From Candidatus Saccharimonadota bacterium (GTDB taxonomy: Bacteria > Patescibacteriota > Saccharimonadia > Saccharimonadales > Saccharimonadaceae), in the NCBI GenBank assembly GCA_023898645.1, contig CP060232.1:720001-752000 (forward strand): 32,000 nt of DNA. Reading direction: 5' to 3'. Below the pieces are notes generated by a model. It saw only the letters and a list, made by a program, of their open reading frames with translations. It was not told where the DNA came from and did not search any database. Below are positions 9,519-17,613 of this stretch, in pieces. How positions within the stretch are numbered: position 1 is the first letter of the stretch; every line of letters starts with the position of its first letter. The position numbers and the translations under genes were made by a program.

Positions 9519-9592
9519 AAAATACCCCCATTCTGCCCACCAGTGCTACATAATTGTTGCGCCAGAATATAGTATTTCGCATGGCATGTCAA
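9519..9592 (-). promoter_or_regulatory. Sigma70-like promoter plus conserved ~50-nt leader of paralog 2
   Basis: Minus-strand TTGACA (9592-9587), 15-nt spacer, TATATT (9571-9566). The leader is GGCGCAACAATTATGTAGCACTGGTGGGCAGAATGGGGGTATTTT, then ATG. It is nearly identical to the region upstream of paralog 3. Confidence 0.6.
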
Positions 9593-9839
9593 AATTAAAA
9601 ATCTCATATAAATCATGGCGGATTAGGTGTGAAACAGATTAAAATATGCGATATGTTTTTTAAACAACAATACTATAAACTAGCTGTCAAACATGCGAAA
9701 TATAACAGGTGCGCCAGAATTCTTTGTAGAGGAAAGACATGGTCGATACCCCAAAGAATAAATAGTAAATTACAGACACGAACCAAGCAGTTGTATTGCG
9801 CACAACCGCCTATAGAATCTATGTGACCTACGACACAAA

Positions 9840-9878
9840 ATGGCAACACCCGCAACAAGTAGTCGCGGGTGTTGCCAT
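9840..9878 (-). terminator. Rho-independent terminator of paralog 3
   Basis: 14-bp perfect stem ATGGCAACACCCGC / GCGGGTGTTGCCAT with an 11-nt loop. On the minus strand it is followed by TTTGTGTCG. Confidence 0.75.
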
Positions 9879-10010
9879 GGTTAGCAGCAGCTTAATGCTG
9901 CAAACTAGGAATTTGGTTCCGACTGACTGCAGAATCTACAGCCCCTCTAGTCGGCTGGCGCTTGTGTCATATCCGGAGACAACGTTATCCGTGGTATTGT
10001 CGTCAACGAA

Positions 10011-11090
10011 TTAACAAGGAGCGGTACCAGGTGTCCAGTACTGTGAGCCGTCCTCTGCGAAACATGGCTGCTCACCGAAGAATTCCGGAGCTGAAAGATG
10101 AACTGGAGCCGCAGCAGGAGCTGGTGGGTTCAGCACATCACGAGGAGCAGGACCGACAATGTTCAAATCAGGAACAACTGGACCACTTTGAGGAAGTGGA
10201 GCAGGTGGGTTCAATACGTTCGCCGGGTCGTCCTGTGGAGCAATCGTGTTAAAGAATGGAGTTCCGATAGGACCTGGATTTGAACCGACTTCTTGAATAG
10301 CCTGATTGATTGCGCTATTGCGATCGTCGCCGTAAATCTGGTAGTTAACACCGTCACGCTGAACATTTACGCTTGGTTCGTTACCGATGTTTGGAATTCG
10401 ATGGTCTTGACCGACACGCGCAAACTTAGTGATGTCTTCACCTAAGTTAAGCGGAGCAACGTTCATGGTCGCATATGGGTCACCCGCATCCATAACCTCT
10501 GTCATGCCAGCTACTGGATGTAGTTCATCAGTAGTTGGGATACCAAGCATACCGTTGGTAATTGGCTGAATAGCCTTAGCAATTGGATGATTCTGGATTC
10601 CTACAGGGTTCCAACCATCACCAATGGCAGTTACGTGAACGTTACCAGGCAATTGTCCACCATGGTCTGCCGCAAGCTTCATAGCGGCCCAGTCGACGAC
10701 ACCCGCACCAAGTGAAAATCCTTCAACGTTCACTTGATCCCAGCTGTTTTGATAATATGCGTCAACAACTTTTTGACCACCGTCTGCGATTGATGCGCCG
10801 GTCTGAGTACCAAAGCCGTCGTCGCAAATTGGCGCCATTGAGGCAGGGTAGTTAATTTGAATATTATTTGCGCCAAAGTTGTAACGGCCGTCCTGAATAG
10901 CACGATCAACTGGAAGTTGGCTAGTTTTGTCGCATGCTCCGCCTACGTAAATGTTCGTATCGGCGTTTGCAGAACCAATACCGTTAAGGATGGCTCCTGT
11001 CATAGCCGCACCAGCTAAACCAAGTACAACAACTCGGTTAAGCGTGTTCTTGTTAGTAATTTTTTCTAAAGCAGGCCCGTATTTGGCCAT
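10011..11090 (-). CDS. Secreted GxSxG alpha/beta-hydrolase-like protein, PE-PPE/cutinase-like family, paralog 3 (359 aa)
   Basis: N-terminus MAKYGPALEK... with ANA|DT cleavage-like site. Motifs VGGACDK, INYPASMAPICD, EGFSLGA, HPVAGM, DAGDPYA and QDHR are present. The C-terminus has VLNPPAP repeats and a terminal Cys pair. Confidence 0.7.
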   Translation of the reverse strand: MAKYGPALEKITNKNTLNRVVVLGLAGAAMTGAILNGIGSANADTNIYVGGACDKTSQLPVDRAIQDGRYNFGANNIQINYPASMAPICDDGFGTQTGASIADGGQKVVDAYYQNSWDQVNVEGFSLGAGVVDWAAMKLAADHGGQLPGNVHVTAIGDGWNPVGIQNHPIAKAIQPITNGMLGIPTTDELHPVAGMTEVMDAGDPYATMNVAPLNLGEDITKFARVGQDHRIPNIGNEPSVNVQRDGVNYQIYGDDRNSAINQAIQEVGSNPGPIGTPFFNTIAPQDDPANVLNPPAPLPQSGPVVPDLNIVGPAPRDVLNPPAPAAAPVHLSAPEFFGEQPCFAEDGSQYWTPGTAPC

Positions 11091-11164
11091 AAAATACCCC
11101 TATTCTGCCCACCAGTACTACATAATTGTTGCGCCAGAATATAGTAATTTGCAAAATATGTCAA
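11091..11164 (-). promoter_or_regulatory. Sigma70-like promoter plus conserved ~50-nt leader of paralog 3
   Basis: Minus-strand TTGACA (11164-11159), 15-nt spacer, TATATT (11143-11138). The leader is GGCGCAACAATTATGTAGTACTGGTGGGCAGAATAGGGGTATTTT, then ATG. Confidence 0.6.
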
Positions 11165-11372
11165 AATGAAAAATCTAACATTGCTATTGAGGTGCACCAC
11201 CTTACAAACTAAGTAGCGCCTGAAAATAAACCGCAGCTTTCATCAATCACTTTGCTAGATGTGACCGATGTAAAAAATGCAAAGTGTTATTTATACAACA
11301 CTTATATAACATACGTGCGGACAGCGCAAAATATAGTTCTAATGTTTCACTTTTGATTGCAGATATAAAAAA

Positions 11373-11391
11373 TCCGCGCCATATGCGCGGA
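11373..11391 (-). terminator. Rho-independent terminator of paralog 4
   Basis: TCCGCGC / GCGCGGA 7-bp GC-rich stem with a 5-nt loop. On the minus strand it is followed by TTTTTTATATC. Confidence 0.75.
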
Positions 11392-11411
11392 CATCTTATT
11401 CAGGTAGACTA

Positions 11412-13370
11412 TCACCCCTGACGAAGATTGCCAAGGAATTGCCGAACAGCTTGTCGAATAGGTCCGTTACCATTGCCAAAATTCGGCAATAGCGGAGCTA
11501 CTGGAGCTGGCGCGGGAACAGGTGCGGGTGCGGGAGCTGGAGCAGGATTGCTAATATTGTTGATAAAATTATTCACGATATTACGCAAAGGCGCTGGCGC
11601 TGGAGCGGGAACAGGAGCGGGTGCGGGAGCTGGCGCAGGAGTAGCTGGGGGCGTATAAGTATTCACTGGGGCGGGAGCTGGCGCAGGAGGTACATATGGA
11701 TGCACCGGCGGCGTATACGTATGATGTACTGGCGGCTGAAGATTGAGATTGATACCGTTATTCCTCGCGGCGCCATTGATAAAATCAACAACCGGATGAT
11801 TGGTTTCGCTCGGTAACGCCCTAGAAATATCATTAAACATCTTGTTAACATCATTAGTTACTGCATGAACAGCAGCAGGAATCTTAGTCGGATCTTGCAT
11901 AGCCTGCGCAATCAATGTTCCATCAGTATTCCCAAGATTCAGGCCATCCTGAATAACATCCGTCACCGGCTGCGGTACTGCAGCCATAATTCGCTCAGGT
12001 ACAGGGCTACCGCCTAGCGACTGACTAATTCCATGCGCCAAATCAGCCTGAGCTTTGGCTGCATTTGGCGGTGGAGGTAGCGGGCCGCTGCCTGGCGTAT
12101 TGCTGTTGATCGGTATTACGTCATTAAAGAAGTCATTGTAACCACTCATCACTGGAACACCCGCACCTTGCTGGATGAGCTGCGTAAACGGATGAACACC
12201 ATAATCCCACTCATTATGAATGACGCCATTTGAATCAGTCCATGTGACATGCGGCGCATTCGGATCCTCGACGACATGCCCGTAACCAAGGTCTATCGCC
12301 TGCGCGAAATTACCAAGCGGAGTCTGATTGCCACCGTTGCCCCATACGTCGTTTTGTGACGTATTGACAATTGTTCCGGGAGGAAGTGGCACCTCATCTG
12401 GCGAAATACCATCCAACTTCAGAAATGGCCTCACCGCTTGAGCAGAATCACTATTCCAAAAACCTTGACTGGAAACGGGAGAGCCATTCAGTACGAGGTG
12501 GACATTTGCCGGCATAGCTCCGCCGTTATTTGCCGCTACCATTTGTGCCGTCTTAGCGGCGGCGATGGTTCCTTCAGAAAAGCCTTCTATAGTAATTTGT
12601 GCATTTGAATCATAAGACAATTGCTGTTCGATTTGCGAATATGCAGATTGAGCGCCGATGTCTGTCGAGACATCCAGTGTCGGACCAGGACTGACTGGTG
12701 CGATCGATGCGGGGTATTGAATACCGACATAGTTTGGGTCACCCGCATGCCCACCGAGTACGCCGGCCGCGGTCGGGTCACCGAAACCACCAAAGACATA
12801 GTTGGTCGTATTAACAGTCAGTCTAACATCGTAATGACGATAAGGTCTCATCGGATCGGTGTGCCATACATCGATACCGCGCATACGCATGTACATCAAA
12901 CCAGCGTCAACAGCGAGAAGACCGCCAATAACAGAGGCGCCCATAACTCGATCCTGATTGCGACGAGCCTTTTTATATAATCGCTCAAAACGGCTGTCAT
13001 CATCGCTTGCAGCGTATTTTTCTTGTCGCGCATCACGCTTTGCTATACGTCGCCTCTGGCGCCTAGATGTTTTTTCTTGGACACCCCAAAAAGCGAGAGC
13101 TGCCGTCTGACCCATTGCAGCACGTAAGCGACCCATGCGAGATGTCGGCTGTTCTTCATCCGATTCTTCGTCAACAACTAATTCGATCTCTGTAAACGCA
13201 TAATTCCGGTCACCCTCAAACACCGGTGCCGCAAAGCTCTCTTCAAGCCCAGCTATCTCTAACGAACGCTCATCATTAATCAAAGTTTCGTAGGTTGCGA
13301 AATCAAAGTCCAAATTAAGCTCATTTGGATTACAGTTATCAGTAGTGGAGCTCGTTTCTATGCTCAACAT
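11412..13370 (-). CDS. Membrane-anchored GxSxG alpha/beta-hydrolase-like protein, PE-PPE/cutinase-like family, paralog 4 (652 aa) with a Pro/Ala-repeat C-terminus
   Basis: Domain order is: acidic N-terminal ~80 aa, an Arg-rich stretch ([16 protein letters not shown]), a single TM helix ([20 protein letters not shown]), then the family motifs. Those motifs are [36 protein letters not shown] and YGHV. A long C-terminal region follows, ending in duplicated [17 protein letters not shown] blocks. Confidence 0.7.
   Translation of the reverse strand: MLSIETSSTTDNCNPNELNLDFDFATYETLINDERSLEIAGLEESFAAPVFEGDRNYAFTEIELVVDEESDEEQPTSRMGRLRAAMGQTAALAFWGVQEKTSRRQRRRIAKRDARQEKYAASDDDSRFERLYKKARRNQDRVMGASVIGGLLAVDAGLMYMRMRGIDVWHTDPMRPYRHYDVRLTVNTTNYVFGGFGDPTAAGVLGGHAGDPNYVGIQYPASIAPVSPGPTLDVSTDIGAQSAYSQIEQQLSYDSNAQITIEGFSEGTIAAAKTAQMVAANNGGAMPANVHLVLNGSPVSSQGFWNSDSAQAVRPFLKLDGISPDEVPLPPGTIVNTSQNDVWGNGGNQTPLGNFAQAIDLGYGHVVEDPNAPHVTWTDSNGVIHNEWDYGVHPFTQLIQQGAGVPVMSGYNDFFNDVIPINSNTPGSGPLPPPPNAAKAQADLAHGISQSLGGSPVPERIMAAVPQPVTDVIQDGLNLGNTDGTLIAQAMQDPTKIPAAVHAVTNDVNKMFNDISRALPSETNHPVVDFINGAARNNGINLNLQPPVHHTYTPPVHPYVPPAPAPAPVNTYTPPATPAPAPAPAPVPAPAPAPLRNIVNNFINNISNPAPAPAPAPVPAPAPVAPLLPNFGNGNGPIRQAVRQFLGNLRQG
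11495..11700 (-). repeat. In-frame (GCN-CCN)n Pro-Ala repeat blocks within paralog 4
   Basis: There are two ~45-bp near-identical blocks at about 11501-11546 and 11591-11639, plus a partial third at about 11668-11690. They encode [17 protein letters not shown], a spacer ([13 protein letters not shown]), then [18 protein letters not shown]. Confidence 0.8.
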
Positions 13371-13382
13371 AATATTTATGTT

Positions 13383-13411
13383 AATTTACCACACTTTTTC
13401 AAAAATGTCAA
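13383..13411 (-). promoter_or_regulatory. Putative promoter of paralog 4
   Basis: Minus-strand TTGACA (13411-13406), 17-nt spacer, TAAATT (13388-13383). Only 12 nt separate it from the ATG at 13370, and there is no Shine-Dalgarno. Confidence 0.5.
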
Positions 13412-13455
13412 TTATGTTATAGGCCGACAACGTGCTACTAGGGTATAATGACCTA

Positions 13456-14769
13456 ATGGCAAAAAAATCACTACCAGAGGTGACAGTAACTCTTGATCGT
13501 ATAATCGGTGGCGGTCAGACTATTGGCACGCTTTCAGATGGCAAAAAATGCCTTGTGTGGGGCGGATTGCCCGACGAAGAAGTAACCGTACAACTAACTA
13601 AGAAAAAATCTAGTTATGTCGAAGGGTATGTAACCAATGTCATTACTCCTTCGCATGAACGAACTGAACCGCGTGACCCCGGTAGCTTCCTGAGCACAAG
13701 TCCATGGCAAATTATGAATTTTAGCGCAGAAAAACATTACAAAGCCGCGCTCATAGAAGAAGCATTTGAACTGCACGACATCGTACTGCCAGTGCCTATA
13801 GACGTATGGAGCGACGGCCGAGAATACGAATATCGTAACAAAGTGGAATTTAGTTTTTGGTATGATACTGAAAAAGAAGAATTAGATCTGGCATTTTTCC
13901 GCCGTGGTACTCATGGCAAAATCACAGTACAGGGAACCAGCCTAGCAACTTCGGACATAAACAACGCGGCAAACTATGCACTACAGGCGCTTCGTGACTT
14001 AAAAGTCGACGGCCGCTCACTTAAAACACTCCTCATACGCTGCAACAGGGCAGGAAAAGTGGCTTGGCAACTCTACGTCAAAGACGAAGAATTTGACGCC
14101 AATGCAGTCCTGGAAAAAGCAATCGCCCCAGAGGTAATTTGCGCGGAGGTCATCTTTTCAAATCCTAAAAGTCCGGCCAGCGTCATCACTAAACGCCTTG
14201 CGTCCAGCAGTAACGACACTTTGACAGACACCATATTAGATGTGCCGTTTCGCTATGCCACGGAAGGCTTTTTCCAGATCAATTTACCCGTATACGAACA
14301 AGCCCTGAGCGACATGAAAGAATGGGTAGTAGCTGACAAACCGGTCGTCGACTTATATAGCGGCGTCGGCACAATTGGCCTGACGATTGGAGGCAGCGAC
14401 GTGACTCTCGTAGAACTAAACGAACACGCCGTTCGAGAGATGGAACGAAACGTCGCAGAACTACATAGAGTAACGGAGGTAAAGCCGATACTCGCCGCTA
14501 GCGAAAACGCCCTTGATTATATAACTGGAGATGCCACGATCATCGTCGACCCGCCACGTGCCGGCCTACACGAAAAAGTGGTCGAGAAGTTACTTGTAGC
14601 CGCTCCAGAGCGCATAATTTACCTCAGCTGCAATCCCGTTACCCAGGCGCGTGATGTAGCGCTGCTATCAGAAAAATACGGCATTCGCCATCATCGTGGT
14701 TATAACTTCTTCCCGCGCACACCCCATATCGAACACCTTGTCGTTTTAGACGTCATACAAAAAATGTAA
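13456..14769 (+). CDS. TRAM-domain class I SAM-dependent RNA (uracil-5-)-methyltransferase, RumA/TrmA family
   Basis: Motifs FFQIN, DLYSGVGTIGL (SAM motif I), DPPRAGL (motif IV) and YLSCNP (catalytic Cys). ATG 13456 (MAKKSLPEV) is preferred over the track's GTG at 13432, because TATAAT at 13444-13449 sits 6 nt upstream of 13456. Confidence 0.85.
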   Translation: MAKKSLPEVTVTLDRIIGGGQTIGTLSDGKKCLVWGGLPDEEVTVQLTKKKSSYVEGYVTNVITPSHERTEPRDPGSFLSTSPWQIMNFSAEKHYKAALIEEAFELHDIVLPVPIDVWSDGREYEYRNKVEFSFWYDTEKEELDLAFFRRGTHGKITVQGTSLATSDINNAANYALQALRDLKVDGRSLKTLLIRCNRAGKVAWQLYVKDEEFDANAVLEKAIAPEVICAEVIFSNPKSPASVITKRLASSSNDTLTDTILDVPFRYATEGFFQINLPVYEQALSDMKEWVVADKPVVDLYSGVGTIGLTIGGSDVTLVELNEHAVREMERNVAELHRVTEVKPILAASENALDYITGDATIIVDPPRAGLHEKVVEKLLVAAPERIIYLSCNPVTQARDVALLSEKYGIRHHRGYNFFPRTPHIEHLVVLDVIQKM

Positions 14770-14857
14770 CTCTTATTCGATTTTTACAGTCGACTAATTG
14801 CATATACAGCAGTAGCGGGGTATTGTAATAGTACACATAGCATAAGGATTATTACGT

Positions 14858-15562
14858 ATGAAACAAGCTATAAAAAGATTTTTCATTGTCGGAGCCGCAA
14901 CAACTATTATGATGGCGCCAGCTATCGCAAGTGCCGACGACAACATAACGACAAGTGACGACAGCACGACAACAAGTAGCGAAAGCGAACCGACATCGAG
15001 CCCTACAAGCGAACCGCAAAGTCGCGCGGAAAGACAGTATAGAGAGAAAATCGATGCTCGGCTTGAACAGCTCAGACAGAACCGAAAAGCAAAATCAACC
15101 GAATCGGAGTCGGACCTTCATTCCAAACTAGATACCGCAAAGAAAAAGATTTGTGAAAATCGAGCAAGTAAGATCGACGAACTTATGTCTACCATGAAGA
15201 CGCGTCGCCAAAACGTCTACGACCGCATAAATAAGATAGTAACTGCCGTCGAGAACTTCTATGTATCAAAAGGCCTTTCCGTTAGTTCTTACAGCGATCT
15301 AGTTGCAGCCGTCAACGCAGCTCAATCAGCAACTCAGACAGCAATGGCAGCGGAACAAGCCGTACCAAACCTCGACTGTAGCGGAGATCACCCTCGCGCA
15401 GACGTAGCCAGCTTCAAAGAAAAACGCCAAGAAAGCATCGACGCCATGAAAGCCTATCGTGACGCCGTTAAGGACCTAATCAAGGCTGTCAAATCAGCTG
15501 CAGAAGCGGCAAATCCAACACCGACAGCAACACCTCAGGAGGGCTCAAGCAATGCACAATAA
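14858..15562 (+). CDS. Secreted hypothetical protein: Ser/Thr-rich N-terminal region followed by a helical region
   Basis: AAGGA Shine-Dalgarno upstream. Signal peptide MKQAIKRFFIVGAATTIMMAPAIASA|DD. A DDSTTTSSESEPTSSPTSEP tract is followed by a Lys/Glu/Ala-rich helical sequence with two Cys residues. Confidence 0.65.
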   Translation: MKQAIKRFFIVGAATTIMMAPAIASADDNITTSDDSTTTSSESEPTSSPTSEPQSRAERQYREKIDARLEQLRQNRKAKSTESESDLHSKLDTAKKKICENRASKIDELMSTMKTRRQNVYDRINKIVTAVENFYVSKGLSVSSYSDLVAAVNAAQSATQTAMAAEQAVPNLDCSGDHPRADVASFKEKRQESIDAMKAYRDAVKDLIKAVKSAAEAANPTPTATPQEGSSNAQ

Positions 15563-15833
15563 AAACGGATTCTCCATCATTGAAGCAGTTGTTCTAATGG
15601 CAGTTGTCGTTATAGTCGGGACACTTGGTTACATGGCCTACAACAACTTTGTCGCCAATAAAGACAGCGGGGCTGCGTCGACCACGGACACCGCCTCAAA
15701 AAGCATATCCACATCACCTGTTGTGATCAAGTCAAATTCAGATCTCAACAGTATAGCGAACGAACTTGATTCGATGTCACTCGAAGACAGCAGTAGCAGT
15801 AGTCAATTCGATACGGCTGCTAGCTCGTTTTAA
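15552..15833 (+). CDS. Prepilin-type N-terminal cleavage/methylation domain protein (type IV pilin / pseudopilin-like, 93 aa)
   Basis: MHNKNG|FSIIEAVVLMAVVVIVGTLGYMAY matches the class III signal (G|F, Glu at +5, hydrophobic helix). A strong AGGAGGG Shine-Dalgarno lies 9 nt upstream. It overlaps the preceding gene by 11 nt. Confidence 0.8.
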   Translation: MHNKNGFSIIEAVVLMAVVVIVGTLGYMAYNNFVANKDSGAASTTDTASKSISTSPVVIKSNSDLNSIANELDSMSLEDSSSSSQFDTAASSF

Positions 15834-16305
15834 TCCGCCGATAAGCAAACTTGGCACTAACACGCCAATTACCGTGAGCGTCAGTATCGAATTGGCGAAT
15901 TTCACCAGTAGGTATTTCGCTAATTTGCACTAATGCTGGATTATATGGAGCCAAAGTACGATAGTACGTCAAATCACTTGTGGAGATGTTCGCACGTCCT
16001 GGAAAAACGGCCTTGAAATGAGCACGGCCAATGTCGTCGAAGTAATGCGGACGACCTTTAGGTGGCACGAAAAGTTCTGGTTTAAGACCCATGCGATTGA
16101 TAAGCTTCTTGACGTCACCAAGCGTCAAGCTTGATTGTGCAGATATATATACATAGAGCTGCTTTTTCCTAGTTAGGTAAACCGAAGCAACGGCAGTGTG
16201 ACTAACGGGCACCTGACGAACTATAGTAGAGTCGATATCTACATTGAGTCCAAATAGTTTTTTGGTGTTTTCTTCAAGCGCCAAATCGTCGTAAATCGCT
16301 TCCAT
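15820..16305 (-). CDS. Hypothetical protein, no recognisable motifs
   Basis: Long ORF. The track start 16335 is a GTG. ATG 16305 (MEAIYDD...) has TATACT (16320-16315) 9 nt upstream. The 3' end overlaps the convergent pilin-like gene by 14 nt. Confidence 0.55.
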   Translation of the reverse strand: MEAIYDDLALEENTKKLFGLNVDIDSTIVRQVPVSHTAVASVYLTRKKQLYVYISAQSSLTLGDVKKLINRMGLKPELFVPPKGRPHYFDDIGRAHFKAVFPGRANISTSDLTYYRTLAPYNPALVQISEIPTGEIRQFDTDAHGNWRVSAKFAYRRIKTS

Positions 16306-16445
16306 ACGTAGGCTAGTATACCATATAGAGGTCACGCATGTAGACTTTTTTTATTATTTGTGGTATAGTATTTATTAAAGATATATTCTTTACAATTATA
16401 AGCAGTAGCATTATACTCCAAGCACACTTTATAGGAGGCAACGAA

Positions 16446-17489
16446 ATGGCAAATCCTTTAGAAAATTACGCAGCGCATACTAACAGTAATGAGCTAGCGT
16501 TATCTAGCCGTTTCGAGAACTACGCTTTAGATAATCCAAAATCAATAAAGCAAGACACTTACCAGGATAATACTTACCGGACCGAGCGTTATACAATGCA
16601 CGACGGTACAAATTATCTCGTCACTCACTCAGAACTAGGACGGCGCGCGGTACGAGACAGTAGCGATATAATGTCGCTTGAAACATCAGCCTGGTTTACA
16701 AAATTCGGTGGTTTCAATGAACGACGCCAACGTGCGCTCGCCGAACATTTCGGAATACCTTCGGTGTTTATAGGCGTTCAACAAAACGCTGAAAAAATAG
16801 GTGACATAAAACAACACGCTCGCAACATGCTAGCCATCCATGCGCATGTCGCCATTCGTTTGGGTAACGACCCTGAAAACGTCATCTTAAATGGCGTGTC
16901 GCGCGGGGCGATGAGTGCCGACACGGCCCAAGCTATAGCTCATGAGCACGACACGAAAGTTATATTCAACGACAGTCTTGTTCCATGTATGCCGCACGGG
17001 GTGTCGATTCCAAAATTCCTTGGCGGAATAAAAGACACGATGCCAAGTGAATTTACTGCCGTACGTTCCCTCAGACTCCCTGCTTCTATACTTTTGCACT
17101 ATCGAAATACGGTTGACGCGTCTTTGTTTGGCTTGTTTCAGCAACTAAAAGAGACGCCGACTCTCATGGCAGGGCAGTTAGGGCGTGCCGTTCGTTCAAA
17201 CCCAGACAAGGAATCATTCTTCGGCTATCAAACAGTCTACGAGGGCGATACCCTCAGCCAAGGTGAACGCTTCATGAAGCTATACAAAGATCATCCTTAC
17301 ACAAAAGTTGACCTTATCCCCAAGGGTGGACATCTTAGCTGCATTTCCAGCGAAGCTTATTTTGCCTGGAAGGACCGCATGGAAACAATTACGAATATCT
17401 TACACGAGGATCCTTCACGTCGATTGCTTGCCGCCAGGTCGCTATACGAACTAGCCGTCGCCGAAAATCCAGTCTTTGAAAAAGAATAA
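16446..17489 (+). CDS. Putative alpha/beta-hydrolase-fold protein, function unknown
   Basis: Strong AGGAGG Shine-Dalgarno 6 nt upstream. A nucleophile-elbow-like LNGVSRGAMSA (GxSxG) and a late KGGHLSC His are present. No signal peptide. Confidence 0.5.
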   Translation: MANPLENYAAHTNSNELALSSRFENYALDNPKSIKQDTYQDNTYRTERYTMHDGTNYLVTHSELGRRAVRDSSDIMSLETSAWFTKFGGFNERRQRALAEHFGIPSVFIGVQQNAEKIGDIKQHARNMLAIHAHVAIRLGNDPENVILNGVSRGAMSADTAQAIAHEHDTKVIFNDSLVPCMPHGVSIPKFLGGIKDTMPSEFTAVRSLRLPASILLHYRNTVDASLFGLFQQLKETPTLMAGQLGRAVRSNPDKESFFGYQTVYEGDTLSQGERFMKLYKDHPYTKVDLIPKGGHLSCISSEAYFAWKDRMETITNILHEDPSRRLLAARSLYELAVAENPVFEKE

Positions 17490-17613
17490 AGTCTTCATTA
17501 CATAGTTGCCCGAACACTCGCACGTTATTTATTACTACAGTTAAAATCCGACATTAGTCTAAAATTCGTGTAAGCTCACGTTTATACTGCTTCGTTGGGT
17601 TATAATTGCTGTA

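Noticed and set aside
9629-10014. Three overlapping 61-72-aa ORFs in the spacer between hydrolase paralogs 2 and 3.
   Set aside because: They have no ribosome-binding sites and overlap each other on both strands. The region contains the 14-bp-stem terminator of paralog 3 (9840-9878). It is better explained as promoter and terminator space.
11428-11658. Plus-strand 76-aa Gly/Ala-rich ORF (GAGAGTGAGAGAGAG...).
   Set aside because: It is the reverse-complement reading of the Pro-Ala repeat blocks of hydrolase paralog 4. It is an artefact of the repeat composition.
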